A stretch of 36,699 nucleotides of DNA, from positions 1 to 36,699 of the forward strand of contig CAYWMW010000006.1 of NCBI GenBank assembly GCA_964458975.1. Direction: 5' to 3'. Numbering within the stretch: position 1 is the first letter of the stretch; every line of letters begins with the position of its first letter. This document shows, piece after piece, positions 1-8,889 of the stretch. The position numbers were made by a program, and so were the translations under genes. Under the pieces are notes generated by a model, which saw nothing but the letters and a program-made list of their open reading frames with translations, was not told the DNA's origin and ran no database searches. Origin of the DNA: an uncultured Lewinella sp. Lineage in GTDB: Bacteria > Bacteroidota > Bacteroidia > Chitinophagales > Saprospiraceae.

Positions 1-791
1 ACCTCATCCACAAACAACCAAGGCTTCTTCCCCTTCCCCGGATGCCAACCCGGGATGGCAGACAAACTCTCCACCTCCAGCTTAATGGAGGCAGCGCGTA
101 GTTGCCGCGTAGTCAGCGTCAGGAAGCGGAATGATTTGGGTTTTTGGAGTTCTGCGAGGTACCGCTTTGAGACGGTTCTTAGCTCATTCCCCGCCACATC
201 ATAGAAGGTGGCCTTGAGGGAAGACGGGGCAAAAATCCAGCTGGCCTGATCTTCGAGGCAGGAGAGGGTGATGCCGGTCACCTGAGCGGAAGGGAAGGAC
301 AAAACATAAGTGACGGTCTCTTTTTTATAGCCGACCCAGTCGTCGTTACGGAAATCCATGCTGGATTTCTTCTTGTCCGTCAGGGCAGCCTGCGGGGTTT
401 TGTTGTAGGGTGGGTTGGCGAAGCTGGCCGCCGTTAGCGATGTTTTCTCCGGCCGGAGCTTTAGGACTTCCACCACTACTTCTTCACTGGGCATAAACCC
501 GCCACCACTGCGCTGAAAACGAAGCGTGGAAGACTCGTCTACCGTAATGGGCCGATCCGCTACCGGGCTGCCTGCATGAAGACTGTCTTCTCCCGTTGCG
601 TAACGGACGACGGTCCCCTCCTGAGGAGGGCCGGGGTGCAGCGTCGCTTCTTTCTCAAAGAAGTGGTGCTCGACCCTGACGACAGGTTTACTGAGTCGCA
701 CAGCTTCGGTTTGGACAAAAACGGTTTTTCCCTTCGGCGTACAGGCACCGAGGATCAGAAGGGCAAAGGAGGTAAATACTGCTGTTCTCAT
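1..791 (-). CDS. Putative lipoprotein with FN3-associated/chitobiase-beta-hexosaminidase C-terminal-like and discoidin-like domains (3' end runs off the window; not in the ORF track)
   Basis: Manual translation from ATG at 791, which overlaps the TGA of the upstream gene (ATGA): MRTAVFTSFALLILGAC (lipobox)...DFRNDDWVGY...CLEDQASWIFAP...IPGWHPGKGKKPWLFVDEV. The frame is open to position 1, and the terminal WHPG..WLFVDE motif is typical of this Bacteroidota domain. Confidence 0.75.
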   Translation of the reverse strand, partial: MRTAVFTSFALLILGACTPKGKTVFVQTEAVRLSKPVVRVEHHFFEKEATLHPGPPQEGTVVRYATGEDSLHAGSPVADRPITVDESSTLRFQRSGGGFMPSEEVVVEVLKLRPEKTSLTAASFANPPYNKTPQAALTDKKKSSMDFRNDDWVGYKKETVTYVLSFPSAQVTGITLSCLEDQASWIFAPSSLKATFYDVAGNELRTVSKRYLAELQKPKSFRFLTLTTRQLRAASIKLEVESLSAIPGWHPGKGKKPWLFVDE

Positions 792-1744
792 ACCCGGTGT
801 AATTTAATGGGGTAAACCTGGCCGGCGTTCCACTGGGGGACGTAGAGGTTCTCGTCGTCGTCCACACAAACATCGTGCGGATGTTTGAATAAAGTCAGGG
901 CCTGGGCGGTGGGTTGAAGTTGGTTGTTTTTGTAGGTTGGGGCCAGCCCGCCGGGCGCGGAGACGACGCGGTTTTCTTGGTTCAGAATACTGACGAAGCC
1001 CGAATTGTTTTCCTTCTCGCCAGACCAGATGGTCGCCAGATAGACCTCCGACCGGTGGATGACCGGGCGGCAGATGTAAGCCCCCGGCAAGTCGATGGTA
1101 GAGAGGTAATTGCCTTCGAGATCGAAGTACTTGAGCTGGTTTTTCTCCCGGGCGGTGATGAGTAGTTTGGGGTCACCGTCGCGGGTATCGATGGCGATGC
1201 CGTGGGCGTTGTGGAATTTATCGTCTTCAGCGCCGGGGCCGCCGAACTCGTGTTTGAGTCGCCCCTGTTGGTCGTAGACGTAGATGAACTGGCTGCCGTA
1301 GCCGTCGGCTACGTAGATATCTCCGTTGTCGGCGATGGCGGTTTCGGTGGGTAGGAAGGGGCGGTTTTTGCCTTCGGCATCGGGGCGCTGTGGGGCGGAG
1401 ATGCGGAGGATCTCCCGTCCGTCCGGCGTCATTTTGATGACCTCGTGCAGTTTCGTATCCGTTAGGTAGAGGAAGTCTTCGCCGCCTTCGTCGCGCAGCG
1501 TCAGGCCGTGGGCACCGGGGAAGCCATCGCCCCAGCTGTCGAGCAACTTGCCGTCCTTATTGTAGATGATGACGTTGTTGCTGGTGTGGTTAGTGAGCAG
1601 GATGAGGCGGCCTTTGCTGTCCTGAACCATCTCGTGGCAATCTTTGACCGGGGTGGCCTGGCCTAGCTTGCCCCATTCGGCGTCTACTTTGTAGCGGAAA
1701 TCGCCGTGGCCGATGATGAGGTCTCTGGTTGGCCTCGTCGTCAT
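788..1744 (-). CDS. NHL-repeat 6-bladed beta-propeller protein (peptidylglycine monooxygenase lyase-like)
   Basis: 318-aa ORF with NHL blades (AHGL, PTETAIADNGDIYVADGYG, NAHGIAID, HPHDVCVDDDENLYV). The frame extends upstream to a Tat-like signal (see findings). Confidence 0.85.
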   Translation of the reverse strand: MTTRPTRDLIIGHGDFRYKVDAEWGKLGQATPVKDCHEMVQDSKGRLILLTNHTSNNVIIYNKDGKLLDSWGDGFPGAHGLTLRDEGGEDFLYLTDTKLHEVIKMTPDGREILRISAPQRPDAEGKNRPFLPTETAIADNGDIYVADGYGSQFIYVYDQQGRLKHEFGGPGAEDDKFHNAHGIAIDTRDGDPKLLITAREKNQLKYFDLEGNYLSTIDLPGAYICRPVIHRSEVYLATIWSGEKENNSGFVSILNQENRVVSAPGGLAPTYKNNQLQPTAQALTLFKHPHDVCVDDDENLYVPQWNAGQVYPIKLHRV

Positions 1745-1915
1745 GGCTGGTAGGAAGCCAATACCTGCGGCGAGGCGGGTGCTTTGTTGGAGGAAGTTTC
1801 TGCGGTTGATGGCTTTTGTGTTTTTTGATTTGGGTTTAAGATAGGCACTTTTAATCTACTACTGTTTAATTTTCGACTGCCATGAATTTCTAAGCTATGC
1901 CCTGAAACCCTTTCC

Positions 1916-1974
1916 TTGCACCTGCGGCCGCGCCCAAATCCATGCTACTTTTTTGGGCGCGGCCGCAGGTGCAA
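1916..1974. repeat. Perfect 23-bp inverted pair of the dispersed GCACCTGCGGCCGCGCC motif (13-nt loop)
   Basis: TTGCACCTGCGGCCGCGCCCAAA at 1916-1938 and its exact reverse complement at 1952-1974. Confidence 0.95.
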
Positions 1975-2075
1975 AGAAGGTTTTTGAAATTTTGGTATGC
2001 TACGAGACGTTGAGAATAAACCCGCCATTCACTACCTTGCCCTCCCATGCAACTAAGCTCACTCAGTTTACCCAC

Positions 2076-3317
2076 GTGTCCGTACCTTCAGTTAAAACTC
2101 CCCGTCTCCATGCGCTTGATGCCCTGCGCGCCATCATGATGTTGCTTGGTTTGGTTATTCATACGGCTTTGACCTACAACGTGACCAAGCACGGAGATAG
2201 TTGGGGTATATCGCAAACGGTTGATACAAGCGTAGTGACAGATTTTCTGGTTTTGCTGATCCATACTTTCAGGATGCCGACCTTTTTTATGATCGCCGGT
2301 TTTTTTGGCGCGCTTCTTTTCTACGAGCGGGGGGTAGCCTCGATGGTGCGGAACCGTGTTTCCCGAATTCTCTGGCCGTTTATCGTCTTTCTACTTTTAC
2401 TGATGCCGATTAAGGTGTTTTGCTTCCGTTTCACTGAAGCAGTGTATGCAGGCAACGAAAGCCCCTGGTCTTTTGCCCTTACGTATTTCAATCAGCCTGC
2501 GGCATTTTTACCTGATAGTACTTCGCACCTTTGGTTCCTTTACTACCTGATGATGTTTACGCTTGCGGGGGTGGTGCTGGCGTTGCTTTTTGCTAAAGTT
2601 CCCAAGCTAACGGAGCTACTAAACGGTGCCCTCCGGGCTGCTTTTTCTCATCCTGCCCTCAGAATACTGTTTTTTAGTGGCCTGGCTTATGTATTGCTCA
2701 TGCTACTGGATACTTCGATGGTTAACGCTGCCGGTTCATTGACTCCTGAGTTACCTACGTTTTTATGGTTCGGATTCTTTTACGCAGTAGGTTGGGTGCT
2801 TTATTTTTCGAGAGACCTTCTAATGGCTCTTAAGCGTTTTGATTGGTTGTTTACCGTACTTGGGGTTTTGCTGGTTGCCGTTCAAGGGGTTATCATTTTG
2901 GCATCTGACGGAGCATTGTCACCGAGTGCCCCAACCCCAATGATGCTTGGGTTTGCTTCGCTGACGGTCTGGGTGTTCACTTTTGGCATCACTGGTCTTT
3001 TCTTGCGCTATGCAAGTGCGTATTCTCCCGTTATGCGCTATGTCTCGGATGCCTCTTACTGGGTATACCTGATTCATCTGCCCCTCACGGCACTGTTGCC
3101 GGGCTTTATTGCTGGCTGGCAGTTGCCTGCCCTTGTTAAGTTCCTGCTCGTTCTTTTATTTACCACCATCATCTGTTTTGTAACCTACCACTACTTCGTT
3201 CGCAACACCTTCATCGGGCAGTTCCTGAATGGACGTAAGTACGAGCCAGGATTACCGAAAAACCAACCAGTTAGCAGGTATTCCGTCAATTCCGAAGACC
3301 TAGAAAACGCTTTGTAA
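2076..3317 (+). CDS. Acyltransferase-3 family membrane protein, OpgC/MdoC-like
   Basis: Motifs RLHALDALRA, IHTFRMPTFF..AGFF, HLWFLYYL and SYWVYLIHLP, with multiple TM helices. The start was moved from the track's TTG at 1953 (inside the repeat) to the in-frame GTG at 2076. Confidence 0.8.
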   Translation: MSVPSVKTPRLHALDALRAIMMLLGLVIHTALTYNVTKHGDSWGISQTVDTSVVTDFLVLLIHTFRMPTFFMIAGFFGALLFYERGVASMVRNRVSRILWPFIVFLLLLMPIKVFCFRFTEAVYAGNESPWSFALTYFNQPAAFLPDSTSHLWFLYYLMMFTLAGVVLALLFAKVPKLTELLNGALRAAFSHPALRILFFSGLAYVLLMLLDTSMVNAAGSLTPELPTFLWFGFFYAVGWVLYFSRDLLMALKRFDWLFTVLGVLLVAVQGVIILASDGALSPSAPTPMMLGFASLTVWVFTFGITGLFLRYASAYSPVMRYVSDASYWVYLIHLPLTALLPGFIAGWQLPALVKFLLVLLFTTIICFVTYHYFVRNTFIGQFLNGRKYEPGLPKNQPVSRYSVNSEDLENAL

Positions 3318-3344
3318 TATCCCCAGAGCGCAAACAACATCAGC

Positions 3345-4127
3345 ATGACCGATTTAACCGTCACCCTCTTCCAAACCAACATTGCCTGGGAAGACCCGGA
3401 AGCTAACCTGGCACACTACACCGAGCTGATCGCCAGCATTGGCCAGCCGACGGACCTCATCATCTTACCCGAGATGTTTACCACCGGTTTCACCATGAAC
3501 CCGGCCGCTAACGCAGAAACAATGGCTGGCCCGGCGATGCAATGGCTGGCGCAGCAGGCGAAGGTTGCCCAAGCCGTAATCACCGGAAGCCTGGTGATCG
3601 AAGAAGACGGTAAATACTACAACCGCCTGATTTGGATGATGCCGGACGGCAATTATGAAGCGTACAATAAGCGCCACCTTTTCGCCATGGCCGGAGAGCA
3701 CGAATACTACGAGAAAGGAAGGGACCGGCTGATCGTGGAGTACAAAGGCTGGCGGATTTGTCCGCTGATCTGTTACGACCTACGTTTCCCGGTCTGGGCA
3801 AGGAACGAGGATGCTTACGATCTTTTGATCTACACCGCGAATTGGCCGGATAAGCGCGCTTACGACTGGCGCACGTTGCTGAAGGCCCGCGCCATCGAGA
3901 ACCAGTGCTATACCATCGGCGTCAACCGGGTGGGTACGGACGCCAACGGGCTGGGGTACAACGGAGATAGCTGCGTCATTAGCCCAGGATGGCTGAAGAC
4001 CGTTTACCACACCGAGCAGGTGGAGGACGTGCACACGGAACGCTTGTTCGGAGAACATCTGATAGAGGTGCGGCAGCAACTTCCTTTTTTGCAGGACCGG
4101 GATGGGTTCAACTTGTCCTTACAGTAA
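3345..4127 (+). CDS. Carbon-nitrogen hydrolase, omega-amidase YafV-like
   Basis: Nitrilase-superfamily triad E-K-C in LPEMF, YNKRHLF and ICYDLRFP; also ARAIENQCY. Confidence 0.9.
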   Translation: MTDLTVTLFQTNIAWEDPEANLAHYTELIASIGQPTDLIILPEMFTTGFTMNPAANAETMAGPAMQWLAQQAKVAQAVITGSLVIEEDGKYYNRLIWMMPDGNYEAYNKRHLFAMAGEHEYYEKGRDRLIVEYKGWRICPLICYDLRFPVWARNEDAYDLLIYTANWPDKRAYDWRTLLKARAIENQCYTIGVNRVGTDANGLGYNGDSCVISPGWLKTVYHTEQVEDVHTERLFGEHLIEVRQQLPFLQDRDGFNLSLQ

Positions 4128-4243
4128 AGCCTTGAACGGGGGAAAGTCAAAACCTTCCGCGCTTATTTCTAAGCGTAGGGTATTCCGTTAGACGGTGATG
4201 ACACTCACCATTTTTTGAATCCTATCCAGAAGTTGAACTTGCT

Positions 4244-4297
4244 CCCCTCTCCGCCGAGCCGGAGGCGAGGCTTATTGGAGAGGGGCCGGGGGTGAGG
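4244..4297 (-). repeat. REP-like palindromic element (CCCCTCTCC...GGAGAGGGG family), copy 1
   Basis: Hairpin CCCCTCTCC/GGAGAGGGG followed by CCGGGGGTGAGG; a near-identical reverse-complement copy lies at 16070-16122. Confidence 0.85.
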
Positions 4298-4457
4298 TTA
4301 TAAGCTGGCGAAGCGATACTAAATCTGGTGTAGATATTCTCCACTCAAAGAAAAACCTACTCCTAAACCCTTAAAATTACAGATTGGGGTTCCTTTGTTG
4401 TTATACGTGTGTTTGGACTCGATTATGAATTGAAGAATACAAAATTTCGCTAAGTCA

Positions 4458-4465
4458 TACCTTTG
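4458..4465 (+). promoter_or_regulatory. Candidate Bacteroidota housekeeping -7 promoter element (TAnnTTTG)
   Basis: TACCTTTG in the AT-rich region upstream of the ECF sigma gene. Confidence 0.4.
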
Positions 4466-4605
4466 ATATAATTTTTTGATTAAATAAAAACAAATAAATG
4501 TGATTCTATTTTTTTAACTAACTGAAAATCAGACTTTTAATACTTTGGCACGCTCTTTGAAAGTAAGAGGGCAGTTGATCTAGTAAATTATTAAAAACAG
4601 GTATT

Positions 4606-5115
4606 ATGACTAACCACGAATTCACAACAAAAACCAACGAGCTTAACAACCTTCTTTACGCGTTTGCACTACGCCTTACCCGGAGCCGCCAGGATGCGGA
4701 AGACCTGATGCAGGAAACGGCCATCAAGGCCTACAAGTACCGCAACAACTTTGCGGAGGGAACCAACTTCAAAAGTTGGATCTCGACCATCATGCGGAAC
4801 ACTTTCATCAACCAATACCGTAAGGCAAAGACGCGCCGCCACCTCAACCACCCAACTACCGAGGTAACGCAGAACATCGTTTCAAAGAACGTCGTAGCGA
4901 ACTCCGGGGAACAGACACTCCGTATGCAGGAGATGCAGCGGATGCTTGATACGATCGGCAGCCTCTACTCCGTTCCGTTCCTTCTCTTTTACAAAGGGTT
5001 CGAGTACCAGGAGATTGCCGAGCAGCTGAATATTCCGATCGGCACAGTGAAGAGCCGCATTTTCACGGCCCGCGTGAAGATGAAGCAGATGATCGGTAAG
5101 CGCCCTACGGCCTAA
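4606..5115 (+). CDS. ECF-type RNA polymerase sigma-70 factor
   Basis: Region 2 (LYAFALRLT..DAEDLMQET..FKSWISTIMRN) and region 4 (YQEIAEQLNIPIGTVKSRIF); 169 aa. Confidence 0.93.
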   Translation: MTNHEFTTKTNELNNLLYAFALRLTRSRQDAEDLMQETAIKAYKYRNNFAEGTNFKSWISTIMRNTFINQYRKAKTRRHLNHPTTEVTQNIVSKNVVANSGEQTLRMQEMQRMLDTIGSLYSVPFLLFYKGFEYQEIAEQLNIPIGTVKSRIFTARVKMKQMIGKRPTA

Positions 5116-5151
5116 GAATTACCGTTTTAAAGTTTATCCCAGTAAGATTTG

Positions 5152-5188
5152 CCCCGAAAGCTTCAATGGCTTTCGGGGTTTTTATTTT
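5152..5188 (+). terminator. Rho-independent terminator after the sigma gene
   Basis: Stem CCCCGAAAGC/GCTTTCGGGG, 7-nt loop, then TTTTTATTTT. Confidence 0.85.
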
Positions 5189-5215
5189 GGTAGTGGGGCC
5201 GTCAACACCCTACAC

Positions 5216-6382
5216 CTAAGCCCTGTTCGCCCGCTGCTTCAAAAAGCCCGCAATGAAAAAGGCGGTGAGCGCAAAGCCCAACAATACCATAAAACTTAAC
5301 CGTAAACTGCTGATACTGGACAAGAAACCGAGCAGGGCCGGACTGCCCAAAAAGCCAACGTACCCCAGCCCCGCAACTACCGCAATGCCTTCTGAAGAGG
5401 AAACGCCTTTGGTCTTACCCGCCAAGCGGAACAACTCCGGGATGATGACCGAAAAGCCAAGGCCGACAAGAGCAAAACCCAGGAGTGCTACGCCGTAAAC
5501 GCCGCTAAGTACCGCTACAAAGCCAAGGCTGGCCAGCAATGTACCGCCCATGATGATCTTTAGCGGGCCAAAGCGGCGGGAAATTCCGTCTCCCCAAAAC
5601 CGGCCCAGCATCATGGTGGTAGAGAAGGCTACGAAGCCGAAGCCCGCCAGCTGATCGGACGGAATTTTGACCACGTCCAGCATGTACAGTTTGCTCCAGT
5701 GCTCAATGGCGCCTTCGCTGCCCATGATCATGAAGCTAAGCACCGCCAGGCCAAGTAAGGGGCGTAAAAGGCTAAGTTTAAAGCCGCCATCTTCCTGCTC
5801 TGCCTTAGCACTGACCCGGCTCCAATACGCCCCGCAGAGGTACAGGTTGGTGCCGATGACCAGGGCTGCGACCGCCGCCATGTGCCAAACAGGAGCGGTA
5901 AACCACCCAATTACGAGGCTACCAATACCCGCCCCGATAACGCCCCCCATGCTGAAAAAACCGTGGGCGGCAGACATGAAATTCTGCTCGTCCTCCTTCT
6001 CAAGTTCGGAGACGAGGGCGTTCATCCCGATGTCGGTAAGGGAGGCCATCGTGCCGGCAACAAATAAGAGGCCACATAAGGACGTAAAGTCAGTAGCCAG
6101 TACCGGCCCGAGCATTGCCAGGCAGAAGGTACACAGGGCAAGGATGGTGGTACGGCCAAGCCCCACTTTACTGATGATGACCGTAGAAACAGGAATGGTG
6201 AGCAATAACCCGATGGAAAAGGCCAGCAGGGCCAGGCCCAGGGAGCCGTCGTCCAGCTCCAGCTTGGTTTTAACGGCCGGGATGTAAAGCGCCCAGGTGC
6301 CGACGACGATGTTGAGGGAAGCGAACACCCAGGAAGGAGCCAGGTAGCGGCGGTTGCTGAGGATGAGGAGGAGGGACTGCAT
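5216..6382 (-). CDS. MFS transporter
   Basis: 388 aa with about 12 hydrophobic segments, MFS motif-A-like GRFWGDGISRRFG, and HGFFSMGG. Confidence 0.9.
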   Translation of the reverse strand: MQSLLLILSNRRYLAPSWVFASLNIVVGTWALYIPAVKTKLELDDGSLGLALLAFSIGLLLTIPVSTVIISKVGLGRTTILALCTFCLAMLGPVLATDFTSLCGLLFVAGTMASLTDIGMNALVSELEKEDEQNFMSAAHGFFSMGGVIGAGIGSLVIGWFTAPVWHMAAVAALVIGTNLYLCGAYWSRVSAKAEQEDGGFKLSLLRPLLGLAVLSFMIMGSEGAIEHWSKLYMLDVVKIPSDQLAGFGFVAFSTTMMLGRFWGDGISRRFGPLKIIMGGTLLASLGFVAVLSGVYGVALLGFALVGLGFSVIIPELFRLAGKTKGVSSSEGIAVVAGLGYVGFLGSPALLGFLSSISSLRLSFMVLLGFALTAFFIAGFLKQRANRA

Positions 6383-6482
6383 GGTGTAAATGTAGTGTAT
6401 GCCTGCGGGTTTCGGGATGCGCTTTATTTCAGTCTGGTATTTCGGAGGTACGTTGGCTTAGTCCTTCGGCGTTTCGGCGGTT

Positions 6483-6537
6483 GAGTTCGAATAGACTGGT
6501 CTAATGGGAGGGGGGAGTTCGAATAGACTAGTCTAAT
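6483..6537. promoter_or_regulatory. Tandem palindromic operator-like sites TAGACT(G/A)GTCTA
   Basis: 23-bp direct repeat GAGTTCGAATAGACTRGTCTAAT at 6483-6505 and 6515-6537 (1 mismatch), in the divergent MFS/helicase intergenic region. Confidence 0.5.
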
Positions 6538-6762
6538 AACCCCGGACCACTCCATTACACTAATGTATTAAGCTTCAAAAAAAGAAACAATTCAAGAAAA
6601 TTTACAAATGGCTGAAAATCAGTTAGTAGTAAATGCGCAATCTGAATTTATCCGTTTATAAACGCATATATTCGTTTTTATACGTATAAAAGACGACTAG
6701 CGGATCAGCGCGTCCCGTACTTGCGGCAGCACCAGCCGACCAAGGCTACAAACTACAAGTAC

Positions 6763-8889
6763 ATGTCTACCAATCCGCAATTAGAGCTCGCTTTCCAGTA
6801 CATAAGCCAAACCAAACGCCACGTTTACCTTACGGGAAAGGCGGGCACGGGCAAGACCACTTTTTTGCACCGGGTACGGGCTGAAGTGGCTAAGCACATG
6901 GTAGTAGTAGCGCCAACCGGGGTAGCGGCGATTAACGCTAAGGGGCAAACAATTCACAGCCTTTTTCAACTCCCGTTTGGCCTGCTGCGGCCGGGAGATA
7001 CGCGGAGTAAATCCCGTAGGTTCAGCAAGAAGAAAATCCGCCTGATTAGTAGCCTGGACCTACTGGTAATCGATGAGATCAGCATGGTCCGCGCCGACGT
7101 GCTGGATGGCATCGATGAGGTCTTGCGCCGCATCCGCAGAACGGACGAACCCTTTGGCGGGGTCCAACTACTGATGATCGGTGACCTCCACCAGCTACCG
7201 CCCGTAGTGCGCGATGACGAACGACGGGAACTGCTGCGGATGTTCGACACGCCCTACTTCTTTGGCAGCCGCGCGCTGAAAAAGACGGACCTGGCTACTA
7301 TCGAGTTGACCCACATCTACCGCCAGTCTGACGAGCGGTTCATCAACTTGCTGAACAAAGTCCGGCAGGATAATATGACCGAGGAGGTCTTCGCCTCCCT
7401 GAACGAACGCTACCGCCAGGATGCTGACGGTAAGGGTGGCGCCATTACGCTGACCTCACACAACCACGCTGCCAACCGAATCAATACCAATAAGCTGCGC
7501 CAACTGGATACCCCTCAGTTTAGCTTCCGGGCGCAGGTTACCGGCAAGTTCCCCGAGTCGATGTACCCGAACAGTATTGAGTTGAACTTCAAAGTTGGCG
7601 CTCAGGTGATGTTCAACCGTAACGACCCGGACAAGACCTACTTCAACGGAAAGATCGGGACCATCACGGCCATTGAAGAGGAACTCATCACGGTGCGCTG
7701 CCCGGAGGATGACCACGCCCTCCAGATCAGCCCCGTCACCTGGCAAAACATCAGCTATGAAATGGACGCCTCCACTAAAGCGGTCAAGGACAATGTGGTC
7801 GGAGAATACACCCAGCACCCCCTCCGGCTGGCCTGGGCGATCACTATCCACAAAAGCCAGGGCCTGACTTTTGATAAGGTGATCATTGATGCCGCAGATG
7901 CCTTCGCCCACGGCCAGGTGTACGTTGCCCTCAGTAGGTGTAAGACCCTGGAAGGGATTACGCTGCGCAGCCGGATTGGCGAGCAAAGCGTAAGAACGGA
8001 TCGCGTAATCAGCAATTACAGCCAGGAGAACGCAAACAACCAACCTACGGCCGCAGACCTCGCGAACGATAAGCGGATCTTTCAGCTAGACTGTTTACGT
8101 GAGCTATTGAGTTGTAAGGCCTTGCACGAAGCTTCTGCCGCGCTGCAACGGGTGCTCTTCGAACACGAACGCAGCCTGCAAGCCGGGTTTCCGGCAGACT
8201 TTGCCCCGCTGGCCCGGCTGATCGCCGAGAAGGCCGTTCAGCCAGGGCGGAAGTTCCTCCCTCAGCTAAATGCCTGGGGGCATCCGGAGCTTACCGAGGA
8301 GCAAGGTGCTGCGCTGAACGCTCGGCTCGCTGCTGCGGGGAAATACTTCACTGGCCTTTTCACCGATCAAATCTTCCCCGCCGCCCGCGACTTCAGCTTC
8401 CTGACGGAGAACCAGCGGGTACGGGAAGCGGTACAAGAAAAGTTAGAGGACCTACGATTGGCCGTATTCGTGGCAACCAAAACCTTCCCGACCCTCAACG
8501 GAGACTTTGACGGGGCTGCTTACAGCCGGGCCCGGACCTCCGCCCGAATCGAATTTGAAGGGCCGGAGAAGAAGCCCGCAAGGTCCAGGCAGAGCGCCTC
8601 TGTAACCATACCGAGTAGTGTCCAATATCCCGGCTTGTTCAAATTACTTGTTGGTTGGCGACTCAACGAGGCGGAAGAGCGGGAAATACCACCCTACACC
8701 GTAGCGCACAACAGTGTGTTGGCTACGATCGCAACCCTGCTGCCCCAGAGCAAGAAAGAGTTGATGAGCATCAATAAGGTTGGCCCCAAGACCTGGGACA
8801 AATACGGGGAGCTGTTGGTCGGGATGGTGAAAGAGTACCTCCGGGAAAATGAGATTACCCCTCCGGAGCGACTTCAGGTCACTTATTAA
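6763..8889 (+). CDS. Pif1/RecD-like SF1B helicase with C-terminal HRDC domain
   Basis: Motifs GKAGTGKT, VAPTGVAA, IDEISMV, GDLHQLPPV, AITIHKSQGLT and GQVYVALSR; HRDC-like WR..EAEEREIPPYTV..INKVGPKTWDKYG. Likely start is ATG 6763. Confidence 0.9.
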   Translation: MSTNPQLELAFQYISQTKRHVYLTGKAGTGKTTFLHRVRAEVAKHMVVVAPTGVAAINAKGQTIHSLFQLPFGLLRPGDTRSKSRRFSKKKIRLISSLDLLVIDEISMVRADVLDGIDEVLRRIRRTDEPFGGVQLLMIGDLHQLPPVVRDDERRELLRMFDTPYFFGSRALKKTDLATIELTHIYRQSDERFINLLNKVRQDNMTEEVFASLNERYRQDADGKGGAITLTSHNHAANRINTNKLRQLDTPQFSFRAQVTGKFPESMYPNSIELNFKVGAQVMFNRNDPDKTYFNGKIGTITAIEEELITVRCPEDDHALQISPVTWQNISYEMDASTKAVKDNVVGEYTQHPLRLAWAITIHKSQGLTFDKVIIDAADAFAHGQVYVALSRCKTLEGITLRSRIGEQSVRTDRVISNYSQENANNQPTAADLANDKRIFQLDCLRELLSCKALHEASAALQRVLFEHERSLQAGFPADFAPLARLIAEKAVQPGRKFLPQLNAWGHPELTEEQGAALNARLAAAGKYFTGLFTDQIFPAARDFSFLTENQRVREAVQEKLEDLRLAVFVATKTFPTLNGDFDGAAYSRARTSARIEFEGPEKKPARSRQSASVTIPSSVQYPGLFKLLVGWRLNEAEEREIPPYTVAHNSVLATIATLLPQSKKELMSINKVGPKTWDKYGELLVGMVKEYLRENEITPPERLQVTY

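Noticed and set aside
1953-2075. N-terminal extension MGAAAGAKK... of the acyltransferase
   Set aside because: The TTG lies within the inverted repeat, and family similarity begins only after GTG 2076.
4194-4209. GGTGA-N6-TCACC CRP-like palindrome
   Set aside because: Single site about 400 bp from the next start, lacking the purine before TCA and the fixed promoter geometry seen in the cco boxes.
8043-8054. ACCTACGGCCGC in the helicase as a degenerate motif copy
   Set aside because: Only 11 of 12 positions match and the flanks are unrelated; could be chance.
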